From assembly GCF_018350175.1 (NCBI RefSeq), contig NC_058383.1, forward strand, positions 13,332,001 to 13,396,000: a stretch of DNA of 64,000 nucleotides. Reading direction: 5' to 3'. Made by a program: the position numbers and the translations under genes. Of the stretch, positions 47,851 to 60,340 are shown piece after piece. The notes below the pieces were generated by a model that saw nothing but the letters and a program-made list of their open reading frames with translations, ran no database searches and had not been told where the DNA came from. How positions within the stretch are numbered: the first letter of the stretch is position 1; the number at the start of each line of letters is the position of its first letter. The stretch comes from Felis catus. Lineage: Eukaryota.

Positions 47851-50840
47851 CTGAATGAAGAACCTGTTAGAAAGATCATTGACTTTTGCAACAAGACGAA
47901 AATGCCAACCACAGGAAGAAGATTCAAAAAAAAAAAAAGTTAATCCCTGTAGAGGGCACTATTCAGGTTAAACTCACCCCACGTAATTTTCTAACACGAT
48001 AAAGCAGGCTCGTGTTAGCCACTGACTGTTTCAGATGGGTTTGCCTCTGGGGAAGAAAGTGCACTGATTCATATCACCTACTGTCAGGGTTATTTAAATC
48101 TCAGATCCAACCTAGAATTCACTTTAATAATCTTTCATTATTTTCCTATGTGTTCTTATGATTTCTTTCTTCTCTGTGAAGAATATGGTTGAGCATAATG
48201 AATTCAGTTAGTTCTAGGCTTCCTCTTATCTGTGTTTAATATTCAAAGCACTTTTTTCTCTTTGGTCCCTGATGTACCCAAATCTGTCCTTATGCTTTAT
48301 AAAATGATGACAACATCTATTGAACCTGGAAAGTGTCAGGATAAGTTTGCAACCTGGGGAATGTAAACAGAATACACAGCTTGGCCAGGAGACCACCCCC
48401 ATTGGTTTGTCTCCAGTCCACTTTAGGTACCCTTTGGACTAACCATGACCCGCGTGCTTGTCAGGGAAATACTGAACACAGTTAGGATGGTCAGATACCT
48501 TTGGGGCAGGGGCCACAATGAGGGAGGGGACTGTATTTTTACTTGAGGGACTGCAGTGATGCTTTCTAGAGTCTGTTACTACATGTTTGCTATCTTTTCC
48601 ACCCCAAGCCAGTCAAGGATATTAACTTTGAAGATAATAGTAACTGTCTTCAGTGGGAAAATCTAGCTCTGTTTTGACCCAAAAGGTAATTTAGGATGGC
48701 TTATGGAACCCGAAGCTAAACGTCAAATGCAATTAAATGTTACTGCTGTGTCTTAGTTTAAGAAGTTCTTGCTGCTGAGTTCTAGCAAGGTATAAGAGAT
48801 ATTTGAATTAACCATTTCTGTTCTCACCCACATGACAAAAGAGGCCTTATCTCTGGCCTCACAGAAATTTTCCCTGGGGGACAGGGAAGTGTCACATTTC
48901 AGGAAATAGCTATAGTAATTCTTCAGCCTGCCTTTGGAACTAGGTTTCTGGGTAGTTTTTCCTGAAATCTTCACCTGTGTGACCCTGGAAGATGGCAGGA
49001 ATGCTGTCTTAAAGTAAGTGTAGCCTTTTCAACGAAATTAATCTTGAAAGAAGTTAAGTAGACTCTTTCAAAAGTCCTTCCCCCAAATGCTTACGTTATT
49101 GAATGGGGACATTTTAGTAAGACACAGTAACATAGGTGCTAGGGATTAAGAAAAACATAAATGCTATCTCTCCTCGGGGAGACAAAGTGAGGCCTTTGAT
49201 ACAGTGATGCCTACCTCTGGAAATCAGACTCCTTTTCAAGACATCAGTGCAAGTCGGAATAGGAATGACCCTTTTAATACTAACACGAAATGTACTTGTG
49301 AATGGTGGTAGAAAATGGGAGAATTTGGACATTTTCTTTGGAAATACATCCCAAAAACTTTCTGAGTTTCAGGAAAGCTGCATTTTCTTCTTCCCTCCTT
49401 ATTTTCTCTCTCATTCCTAAAATATTCTCTGGGCAATCAATTTTAGAGGTCTTTCAAGGAAAGCAAAACTTGGCTTGTCTGCCTATTAACTACTGCGAAG
49501 TGTGTAGATTCCTGCTGTTCAGTTTTACTACTAACAGTAATAAGGAAACACCTATTATTGTCATTATCTGGAAAAAGAAGCTTCGAGATTGGATTAAGGG
49601 AGGTTGTTGTGCCCTGAAGGAAGGCGGTATTAGGCAATAATGAAGGTGCAGCAGCGGGAATGAGTGCTCTCTTTCATCGGAGTGGTCCCCCACCCTTTTC
49701 TTTTCTGTAGGAGGAGGATGTGCAGTGAGAGAAGAGCTTGATCTGTTTGGGGAGAAAGTATCACAGCCTATTAGTTAGAAGCGATGAAATTGAGACAGCT
49801 TCGGGGACTCCATTAAGTGTGTGGTGTTTAGGCAGACTGTGTCCCTAGGTAAAGAGTGCTGTTGAGGAGGAGAGAGCACAATGAAATAATTGGGCTGGGG
49901 AAATCAACTGGGCTTCAGCGGCCTCCTGGCTCCTTGTGGGGGGAGAAGGGAGCTGTACCCCCCACCCATGCCTTCCTTCTCTTAGCATAAAAGCCATACT
50001 GAATAAACTAGGGGGGAATTTCTTGCTGAGTAGATGGACTGTCAGTGTATTTTGAGTAATAAAAACAATGGACATAATTAAATTTCACGTGGCACAGGAA
50101 GGATTCAGAGCATGTCACCTCGAAACCCCCTCGTGCTGCGTTATTCTCTAGGCATCTGGATATCTGGTTGCAGCAGCAGAGTGAAAATAATTCAGATTTG
50201 ATCAGTAATGGCAGCATCTATAGGGACATGTATTAATGCATTGATGTGTCTGGAATTAGGTTCTTAAATAAAACATCATGCTCATGTATTTATTTTCATT
50301 TTAAAGGAATAAGTTGAAATCAGCAAATAGAAGCAGACTGCCTTTTCCCATCAAGACTCACACAGATAGGCAAACTTTTTGTGGGCCTTCATTGAGAGCA
50401 GGCTCAGTAGTTCAGGTCCCGGGAATGTGCACCTGCCTGTGTATCTTTTAAGGTCGGAAGTGGTACAGTGACAGCAAGGCCGAAGCTCAGATAATCATTA
50501 TTGTACTCTTAGGAAAAAGGTTTAAGAAGCTGTCTTCTTTGCATTCAGCATGCACAGTGATAGTGATGGCTGATATCAAGAATAAATTGAATGTATCACA
50601 TTACTGCTGTTCATTAAATACTCTTCCATGCGCCAGGTGCTTTGTGTGTGTGTGTACGCATATGCACGGTCCCTTATACACATTGATTATATGTGAAAAA
50701 AGCTCTGCTTATTTCTATTCTGCTACCTGTTTGCTGTTAGCTCTTGAGCAACAAATAAACCTCTTGTAGCACCAGGTTTCTCAGAAAAAATGAGGGAACT
50801 GGACAAAATAATTGCTGAAATTCTTTCTACTCCATGCTCC

Positions 50841-50887
50841 CACGCACACACACACACACGCGCGCTTACACACACACACGCACACAT
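50841..50887. repeat. Imperfect (CA)n/(CG)n repeat
   Basis: cacgcacacacacacacacgcgcgcttacacacacacacgcacaca. Confidence 0.9.
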
Positions 50888-51129
50888 TCTTTCTACTTCC
50901 TGGTCCCTGTATAATGCTGGCTGTTTGATACATGTACATGTATGTCCACGCATATACAGAATGTTTTCAAATAACGCCAATTATTTTTCCTCTTTTAAGT
51001 TTTGATTCTTTTTTAACATCGTATCCTAATGGATGCTGGATGGTGGCACTCCAGACCCCAAAGAAGAATATATTACAATTTGTACGCTCAGAAATGTTTT
51101 ATCCTTGGTTCATATCTTCAGAATTATAA

Positions 51130-51188
51130 ATGTATATACATATGTGTGTGTGTGTGTGTGTGTGCGCGTGTGCATGTGTGTGTGTGTA
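51130..51188. repeat. Imperfect (TA)n/(TG)n/(CG)n repeat
   Basis: Read directly from the sequence. Confidence 0.9.
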
Positions 51189-52059
51189 TTTACATATTTT
51201 TGGATGTCTTTAGGGGAAATTTATGCTCAGTGTCTTACCCTGGAGGCCTCACTTCTGTATTCCCACATTGTTAACGCCAGTTTGCTTGCCTAGATGTTTT
51301 TAGTGGAGCTGCAGGTATAGAGAGACATGGTCTATTCCCTGCAGGAGCTCATTGTCTTTAAAATTCCATGAAAAAAGTGGATCAGGTAACAAAGCTAGTT
51401 TTTGGCATGATAATAATTCATTTTTCCATTATTCGCCGTTGGCCAAGAGAGACACAGAGACGGAGACAGAGGGAGCGTCTGTATGTGTGTGTGTGCATGT
51501 GCTTCCTCAGAAGTGAGAGGGTGCTCTGTGGCTGGATAAAGGTACTATGCAGTAGAATAGATTTGTAGGTAGTTAAGGAAAGCTCAATTTACAGGTTTTA
51601 GTCCTATTAGGATTCCTGTCGGTTAATTGTTTCCCCCCACTGCAGTGCCTGCTCTTGAGAGGCAGGAGTCTTCTATTTATCAGTTTATCCCCAGGGCCTA
51701 TCATAAGCACCTGGTAACCAATAAATGTTGAACTGATGTATGAGATTTTCCTATTCTAGAGATTAAATATTATTCTCATGGTCTCAGGGAATGAAACATC
51801 CACATGTATATTATAGTAATTGTGTTTCCATATTCTGCCTCCTGTGGGTTCAGTTATTATTTTAGATATTCCAGACTTACAGAAATCAAGACTAATACTT
51901 CAAATTTTTCATAGCAAATAAAGCAGATTATTTTCATTTGTATCTGTGCCTAGGACCAGGTTTCACCACAGAATTCACTGTTTTAGGTTAACCTGATAAG
52001 TATCAGCGTTGTCTTGTGGTTTTTTTTTCATTTTTCTTTTATCTTTTTATCAAGCCCCA

Positions 52060-52257
52060 GATTTCCTTTGTAACACTAACCATATTTATGATCAATTGTC
52101 TTTGTAATGACACAGTGTGTGTTGTCACCACTAGTCTGTAAGCTCTGTGAGTGAGGTATAGTGTCAGTGGGCTATGCCCTAGAATGCCCTGGTCTAGCGT
52201 GGGACTCACACATAGTAGAGACTCAACAAATGTTTGTTGAACATTGACAGAATGAAT
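52060..52257 (+). mobile_element. L2 3' end
   Basis: ccactagtctgtaagctctgtgag, cacatagtagagactcaacaaatgtttgttgaa..gaatgaat. Confidence 0.8.
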
Positions 52258-52694
52258 CAGAATATTACGGAAGCAGCAAAATCTAGCTTTTCAGTGTTTA
52301 GATGTCTCCAGCTATCATCTCATGGTAAAACTAGGTAATTTCTGTGTGTACCCTCCGCATTCACATTCAGTAAATTTGTTGAGACATCATTTGGGTGCCA
52401 AGTGGGAGGGAAGGAGACAGGTAAGTTACCATTCATTCCTGTTAGGGGCGCATGCTTTGGTGAGCGAGAAAGGCATACACAAAAGTGAATACCCTTGAAC
52501 CAAAATCCTTTTGACCCATGTTTGCCTAGCTCATAAGATTTTGAGTTGGTAGATCATCAAAGTAACCTTTGAAGCTTTGTAAGTCATAGAAGGTAAGTAA
52601 GAGGTGTGATAGACACAGGGGAGTACAGTATCATATCTGGGGCTCAGTGAATTCAACCACAAACAGCAGCTACAACCACTGCCCCTTGCGTTCA

Positions 52695-52895
52695 CTCAGA
52701 ACTTATGTGATAAGTTCTGCATATGTTATCTCATTTAGTTCTCTTAATAATCCCTTGAAGCATAGGTACTATTATTATCTCCATTTGTTTATTTTAGGAA
52801 ACTGAGGGTCAGATAGGTTAATTCATTTACCTAAGGTCACACAGCTAATAAGTGGTTAGGATTTGAACTCTGGCCTTTGACCAGTACTCTTGACT
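52695..52895 (-). mobile_element. MIR
   Basis: ttatctcatttagttctcttaataatcc, taggtactattattatctccattt, ggaaactgaggg, aaggtcacacagctaataagtgg, ggatttgaactc. Confidence 0.88.
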
Positions 52896-53049
52896 GCTCC
52901 AGAGGGGTATAGACACAATAAAATAAGGGGGAAAGGAGGGAAATATTAATTCCTATATCAGGGAAGACTTCTTGGAAGAGGTGGGTCTTAAAGAATAAGA
53001 CCAGTCAATCTTGAACTGGGTGTGTGCTAGAGTCATAGAATTTTAAAAT

Positions 53050-53215
53050 ACTGGATTCAGAACAATATACTCTAAGAGCCATCTGTTCTGAGCTCCTAAT
53101 TTGCAGAGGAGAAAACTGGGATCTGTGAGGTTAAGTGACTTGCTGTAGGACATATGGCTAATTAATTGGCATTAGAGCTATTCTCCTAACTCCTCTGTCC
53201 ATGTTATTTTCCACC
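53050..53215 (-). mobile_element. MIR fragment
   Basis: tttgcagaggagaaaactggga..gaggttaagtgacttgc. Confidence 0.65.
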
Positions 53216-53690
53216 CATTATGTACATTAGCTCATGTTTAGTCTGGTTTTTCATGACCACATTCTGATATGATTTCCTAAAATATTTTGCATCTTGGAGA
53301 TGGAGACTTTCCTAGTATGTATGGTGACAAGTCAAACCAGAAAAGGGTCAGGGCAGGCATGGAAGTGAGAGATATTTGAGACATGGAGATACATATCTGT
53401 CTCTCTTTTTTCCCTACCACTGTATTGTTATTTCATTGTTGTCACTGTTTTTTTCCATAAGATAGACAGCTGGGAATTAAGAGAAAGGATATGAATGAAA
53501 GCCTAATAAGAAAAAACTTGTTTAAAAGCATAAGGTCGCTGACCGCTTCCCACGATGATTTCTCAGCTTCCTGAGTAAGTAACCTGGGATATTTCTAGCT
53601 TCCACTAATGCTTATTAGCCAGTGTCCTACCTGCCACCTACAATAAAATGGCACCATGAATGTGAATTTACATATATGATAGAAATACAG

Positions 53691-53905
53691 AAACTTAACA
53701 GAAGACCATGGGGGAAGGGAAGGGAAATAAAAGTTAAAGTTACAGAGAGGGAGGGAGGCAAACTAGAAGAGACTCTTGGACACTGAGAACGGACTGAGGG
53801 TTGATGGGGGCTGGGGGAAACGGGAAAGTGGGTGATGGGCATTGAGGAGGGCACTTGTTGGGATGAGCACTGGGTGTTGTACGGAAACCAATTTGACAAT
53901 AAATT
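53691..53905 (+). mobile_element. 5'-truncated carnivore/felid L1 3'UTR
   Basis: aacagaagaccatgggggaagggaagg..gagactcttggacactgagaac..gatgagcactgggtgttgtacggaaaccaatttgacaataaatt. Probable TSD agaaatRcag at 53681-53690 and 54132-54141. Confidence 0.93.
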
Positions 53906-54046
53906 ATATATATATATACATATATATATACACACACACACTTATATATACACACATATATATGTGTGCGTGTGTATATATATATATATATATATACATA
54001 TATACACACGCACACATATATATGTGTGTATATATGTGTGTGTGTG

Positions 54047-54127
<81 letters not shown>
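53905..54127. repeat. Compound (TA)n/(CA)n/(TG)n microsatellite in the L1 tail position, quasi-palindromic
   Basis: Read directly. Contains a perfect 38-bp inverted repeat at 53944-53981 and 53998-54035. Confidence 0.95.
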
Positions 54128-54129
<2 letters not shown>

Positions 54130-54984
54130 AAAGAAATGCAGGATGCTGGCAGGCTTGTCTCTTTTCCAGGCCTAAACTGTTCCTTACCTCAAAATGAAGT
54201 ACCATCGTGTTGTGTTGATGTTGCTCAGTCTGTTTCATTAGCCAAGTGATTGTGCCAGATTTACGCACTACTAAATAGTCAGTTTGGGACTTGAGTAAAT
54301 GCCCATCGAAAAAACATTTATCTTGCTCTGAGTCTGAGTGCTCCCTGTTAATCCTCTTCTGCTTAGATGATGTTCTGTAGCTGGGGATTTTTTCCTCCTA
54401 TTTTTCCCTTTGTTTCCCTCCGTGACTTAAAATACAAAACAAAATCTTTTCAGTACCGTCTGAGTCAGCAGATACTTACATCACTTGGGTGTAGGCTTTT
54501 TATAGACCAGCGGAAGATTACAGTAATTAGCCTATGCATTTCCTCATTAAAATGTCATTAGTGAAGGCTTTGTTCTTTTAAGATCTTCCAAATAAGGTTT
54601 ACTGCATTGCATTCTATCGTTAATAGTTTACTAGGAGCCAGATGTCTTAGGTGTGGAGAAGCAAGGATTGCTTTGGACCATCTAAAGGGTAATGGCCAAA
54701 GGGCAGTATTCAAGATAGATAAATCTCTGTGTTTAGATTGGATGGGGTCCCACTGTATGTGCTACCAGCCTACCTGCCGGCCAGGCCCTTTTCACAGTGC
54801 CTGCTGGCAGTGTCGTACTCGCTCAGGTATCATTGGGCCACCTAGCAAACCTAGACTTATTTGAAAGAGTAGGAGTGTACTATTCTGTACAAAGTAATTC
54901 CATTAGTTTCCTAGTAAGTTTGTGAGTGATTCACACTTAGTAAAGAATAAGAGGATAAATGAGTTTATTTTCTACTATAATCTA

Positions 54985-55200
54985 GGACACAAGGATAGGA
55001 ATATGGGCTTTGGAATCAAACCACCGTGTCTTCACCATTTACGTGTGTAACCTTGACCATGATTATACTTAATCTTTCTAACCTAAGTTGTCTCAAGTGT
55101 AATAATAATGGTCCCTGCCTCATAATAATGTTTGAGAATTCAGTTCGTTTAATGCATGTGAAGAATTTAACACTACTGCCTGGAATATAGGATTTATTAA
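54985..55200 (+). mobile_element. MIR
   Basis: atgggctttggaatcaaac, caccatttacgtgtgtaaccttgac, taatgcatgtgaagaatttaacac..tgcctggaatatag. Confidence 0.8.
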
Positions 55201-55223
55201 TATCACTTTATAATAAAAAATAA

Positions 55224-55225
<2 letters not shown>

Positions 55226-55259
<34 letters not shown>
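55226..55259. repeat. (GT)17 microsatellite
   Basis: Read directly from the sequence. Confidence 0.97.
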
Positions 55260-55262
<3 letters not shown>

Positions 55263-55694
55263 TGTCTGCATTTCTCTTGTTTTCTTGTTACGCATCTTTC
55301 ACTTACTTTAAGAAAACCTAACCTGAAATCCCACAATAAATAAGTACTTAAGCAGTGGCCATTAATACTGTTTCATGGCTTAAGACAACTCTCTTTAAAA
55401 TTATTCACTTATATGGTACACTAGAAGTCAATTACTTCATTTATCATTTTAACATTATTTCTGCTAGGCACAGTGACCGGCAACTTGAAGGAGCAAGTCA
55501 GGAAATGCACATTGATTACTCCATTAAACTGCTAGGTAATTGATTAACTAAGATAAACTGGTGCATTGTAGTACTCTAAGGATGGGTGGTTAGTTGGTTG
55601 GTTTTTTATTTTTATTTTTTTTAACATTGCATTCTTTCAGGGATTTTTTAGAGTAATTGTATGTGGTTTTGTTGTTATGGTCAAATTCAGGTTA

Positions 55695-56279
55695 ATTCAG
55701 TCAGTTGTTTGGAAAAAGCATTTCTATAAAGTACCCACTGTGAGCCAGGCATTGTTCTTTGTCCTGGGAATATCGTGTTAAGCAAGAGGACAGGCCTGTT
55801 CTCAAGGAGCTTACACTCGAGGGTAAAGACAGATAGTAAACACATAAAGAAGAAGCAAATGATTATTTTGGATATTTGGGGTGCTCTGGAGAGGATGAGC
55901 TAGGGCAGTGGGACAGGTACTGTGTGATGAAAACCTGAGTCAAAGATTAAATGGTGGGGAGACCTTGTGAATGGTAGTGGGAGGTTGTACAGGTGTCCTA
56001 AGCAGAAGAATGAGCCCTGACACACTAACAAGCTTGTTGAGTTTGAGGGACAGAGAGAAGGCTGGTGTGGCCGGGATCTAGATCTCATGGGCAGAAAGTA
56101 GAGGAGGATGACTCATGCCATAGCCTTTGAAGGCTCTGGGTAGAAATTTGGCTTGAATTCTGGTTGCAACGGAAACCCTCAGATTGTTTTAACCTGGGGA
56201 GCAATAGAATACTCTGGTATGTGGAAAATGCACTGTGTGCTCACAAATGTGGAAGCTGGGAGATCACCTTACATGGGTC

Positions 56280-56312
<33 letters not shown>

Positions 56313-56950
56313 AAATGTAAGGCAGGGTTATAGCAGTGAAATGTTAAGTGGTTGCATTGAGGCTTTATTTAGGATTCAGATTTCACAGGGCTTAAGATGC
56401 AGTGGACGGGAGATGCAAAGACAAAAATAGAGGAGGCAAGGATGACCTCCAGGATTTTAGTTTGAGCAGCTAGATGACTGATGTCATTTCTAGATACAGG
56501 GAAAGATTGTGTGGGGATGAGTTTGTGGAGTGAAAGCAGAGAATCAGTAATTTTGTTTTGACAGGTTATGAAAGAAATGATGATTGACGGTCAAGAGAAG
56601 ATGTCACCTGGGCAGTTAAAGGCTTCTAGAAGATCGGGGAGATATCTAGGCTGGAGCTATAAATTTGGGAGTCATCAGCATATAGATGGGATTTAAAACC
56701 ATGGGCCTGGCTGGGACCCCTGAGAAGAGAATGTAAGTCAACAAGAGGGCTCAGAACAGAGTCCCATACACAACAACCTGGTAAGGAGAAAGTCCCAGTG
56801 AAGAAGGTAGAGAAGGAAAAGTTAGTGATGTAGGACACAATAGCAGGTCATTGAAGCTGAGAAAAAAAATGTTGCATAAATGAGGATGTATGATATGGTC
56901 TGCCGTGTTTGTGCTGTGGAGAGGTTGACTGTAATTAGGACAGATAGTTG
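55695..56950 (-). mobile_element. L2 LINE fossil including the RT catalytic motif
   Basis: Minus-strand ORF 56626-56838 contains HGFKSHLYADDSQIY (L2 RT YADD motif). L2 3' end at the left: cactgtgagccaggcattgttct, ctcaaggagcttacactc. Confidence 0.92.
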
Positions 56951-58553
56951 TTCATTAACCAGAAATTATACCTTCATGTTGATCCTTAACGTAACCCATT
57001 AACGAAGCAAAAAATTGACCTAGTGCCTGATGTGTCTCTTACAGATGGTCTCTGTAGTCTATTTCAGTATTTTTTTTAGTTATTCCTCAGAGGTAGATGC
57101 TTTACTCCTTGCCCCAAATAGGAGAAGGATTTTTTTCCTGGTATGTTTATTGGAATCCTCGCCTCCCCCCATTGTAATAGAGCTTTTTTATAGGAAAACA
57201 AAAATGTAAGAAAATAGAGGACAAGATCTTTTTTAAGTAATTCATGAGAACAAAAAATTAGATTGGGGGTATAAGAATTACTGTGTGTTCTTGTCTGTTA
57301 CCTCAATTTTAGGGTGATTTACTGGGGACCTTTACCCTGGTGACACTCCCGTGGCTTCTGTCAAGAATAAAGTACAACCTGCTGCCCTCTCACCCCTCCC
57401 GCTCCCACCCCTTTATTCTACATGCAGAGGCAGCACTTTTCTGAGTAAAGTTTTAGCAATACCTTCTTTCTAAAATGAAAGCATTTTCCCTCCACGATTA
57501 GCATCTGTTTATAGAATAGTTCCTATTTTCGTAATTAGATCCTGCATAGAAATGCAAAGGCTGCTATGTAAAAGGATAATGAATCTTTATTGCACAGTTG
57601 AAATCAGATTTGTGCAAAAGGCACTTTGAAAACAGTAATAAGCAGAGACATGTATTAAATCACCCAGATAAGGCACCCTCTTTCTATTTTCTATTTATAA
57701 ATGGAAATTATGACTACCCAGTGGATTCCATATGACATTTCCTATTACCAGCAAAGGTTTTTAGCTTTGACCATAAAAGTTATCTAAATTCAAAAGCCCC
57801 TGTGGATTCATGGCTCTAAAGAATACTTCTGGAAGGGGCCAAGACAGGGTGGAGAGGGTCTTTGTCTTTTTCCTTTGTCTGAACACTCTGGCAGAGGCAA
57901 AGGGTAGCAAGTGGTATAAGAAAGAAACCATTTGAAATAACTGTGATAAGATCTAATCAGGAAACCCAGTGTCCATTCAACACATACAGTAACATTTTAA
58001 GAGTCTTCTGGTTGGGCTCCTTGAGAACCAAGTTCATGTCCTTATAAGCTCATCCTTACATTTTCCTATTATATACATCACTTCCTGGCAAACATAGGAT
58101 TTATTCCCAAGCTAAACCCTTCTTGAGAGGTTTGTTATCTCTTCACCTCCTTCACAAGTCTCAGAAAGCTGGAGCACTGGGGCGGGGTAAGAAAGGAAAA
58201 AAAAAAGATTGGGAAGCAGGGAAAGTCAATGTCAAATGAACTGGCAAGGATGGATATTATGGCTGCTGGGGACCTCAGAGAGTATCATGTGTCTTTTGTG
58301 TCTGTTGTACAGTCGGTGCTTCATGTGAGATGGCAGTCTCGCCTAGACCATGCTTAGTATCGATTTCCTCTCAGGCACGCCAGACCATTTTAGCATTACT
58401 AACAGAGAATATCCTGTGTATTTCCCCTATAGGCAGACTTATAAAAAGTAGATCTTTTCCACCCTTTGTTTTTCCTTCTTTTCTTTTATTTTCCTATTCT
58501 TTTTTCCCTTTCTGCACCTTTGCCCCAGACTTTTTATTTTAAAGTGAGCTCCT

Positions 58554-58990
58554 GGGGCGCCTGGGTGGCTCAGTCGGTTAAGCGTCTGACTTCGGCTCAG
58601 GTCATGATCTCACGGTTCGTGGGTTCGAGCCCCACGTCGGACTCTGTGCTGGCAGCTCAGAGCCTGGAGCCTGCTTCAGATTCTGTGTCTCCTTCTCTCT
58701 CTGTTCCTCCCCTGCTCACGCTCTATCTCTCTCTCTCAAAAATAAATAAAGATTGGGGCGCCTGGGTGGCGCAGTCGGTTAAGCATCCGACTTCAGCCAG
58801 GTCACGATCTCACGGTCCGTGAGTTCAAGCCCCGCGTCGGGCTCTGGGCTGATGGCTGGAGCCTGTTTACGATTCTGTGTCTCCCTCTCTCTCTGCCCCT
58901 CCCCTGTTCATGCTCTGTCTCTCTCTGTCCCAAAAATAAATAAACGTTGAAAAAAAAAATTAAAAAAAATAAAGATTAAGAAAAAATTTT
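58554..58990 (+). mobile_element. Felid Can-SINE (58554-58754, tail resuming ~58978-58990)
   Basis: Near-consensus body. Outer TSD aagtgagctcct at 58542-58553 and 58991-59002. Confidence 0.96.
58755..58966 (+). mobile_element. Young SINEC_Fc-type SINE inserted in the tail of the preceding SINE
   Basis: ggcgcagtcggttaagcatccgacttcagccaggtcacg. Inner TSD aaataaagatt at 58744-58754 and 58967-58977. Confidence 0.96.
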
Positions 58991-60122
58991 AAGTGAGCTC
59001 CTTATTGAAGGCATCACGAAGAGAACTCACTGAGTAGACTTTTTTGAAGAACGGTAGAGTGTCAGTTACAAGTGAGACCTGGACCTATCGCCTTCAGGCA
59101 TGGCACCGGCCTGGCCCCTCAGTGGAAGAGGAAAGCCCGTGTTCCCAAGTCCGGCTTTGTGGTGGTAGGACCTGAGCACCGATGAGCCGTTGACAAAAGG
59201 GGATGAATGGATACCAAGTTTGGAGACCAGAAATGCCATCATTTCCCCACTGCTTGAACACGTGTGTTGTTTTCCCTAGCTGCTGCGTCACACCTGTCCT
59301 CCGGTGCAGGGAGAGAAATGGGCTGTTGGCTGTCAGAACGCTTTTTCTGTCCCCTCCGCTCCGTTAGCAGGGAGGCTGGGACCAAGCTCCTGAGCTGAGG
59401 AGCATACTCCCATGTTACCTACCTCAGACAGCATATGGCAGCGCAAAACACTTGGATTTATTTCTCTTCACTCACATTAAATTCCTAAAGAATTGGAAAA
59501 CGCCAGCATTTGTTTTGTGTTACAGAAATTCTTAGTTCCTATTTTGGTAGGCCAAAGCAACACAATTTTGGCATAAAAATCTCTGGATCCGTTACTTTAA
59601 ACAGAGAACATTGATTTGCTTCTCCTCTTTTCTCATCCCCATTTGGGAGAAAATGTAGGGTGGATCTCGTAACACCGTATCATGCAAAATGTCTGTGTAG
59701 GCACACGGAAGAGAAGGTGTCTTCGAGTCATTTTTGTTCTTGTAGTTGGGTGATTTTATGTCTATTTCCTTTCCATCTTTCTCTTTGGTAATTTCAACTG
59801 TGTTAACCAAATGCCTCAGACTTGGCACTTTTCATAGGATCATCCGTGTGTAAAACCGTAAGTAGATATGATCGTATAAAGAACAACTAGATTACCGTGA
59901 AAGCAATACAAGAAGTTGACTATTTTGAATGCGCTACAACTTTGAACAGTACTCATGTATGCAAATCATATTTTCTTCTTTAGGAAAATACTTTGTTGCC
60001 TTCATTAGGGACAGGTACACTGTGATACACTGTGGAGTGAGTGAGTCCTTAGGAGATACTTCGTAAAATGGGGAGCCATTTTCTTTGGGTACTTGCAGTC
60101 TTTTCGAAAGGCTCCTACGAAG

Positions 60123-60340
60123 AGGCAGCTCGGTAGAGGAGAAACAGGCTGGGCTTTACTGAGAGTCAACAGGTCTGAGTGTGAATTCTGGCTCGGTGAT
60201 TTGTCCTTCTGGCACAGCCTTAGCAAATTAGGGAGTCATCCTAACGGGAATACATACAGTGATGTAAGGAAGAAGAGAGATGATGGATGCCAGTGGACCT
60301 GGTGCAGTGTTCGACACTTGGTTGTGAATCAATACTGAGA
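60123..60340 (+). mobile_element. MIR-like fragment
   Basis: ggcagctcggtagaggagaaac, gagagtcaacaggtctgagtgtgaattctggctc, cctggtgcagtgttcgacac. Confidence 0.55.

Noticed and set aside
49710..49757. Strong acceptor (cttttcttttctgtag) followed by a purine-rich stretch
   Set aside because: The nearest donor (gtatca) is poor and no peptide is recognisable.
53627..54268. Overlapping ORFs in many frames (YIYI/CVCV-rich)
   Set aside because: These come from stop-free dinucleotide repeats and the L1 3'UTR.
60099..60172. Exon-like segment reading FSKGSYEEAAR
   Set aside because: It overlaps the start of a MIR-like fragment and the donor sites are poor.
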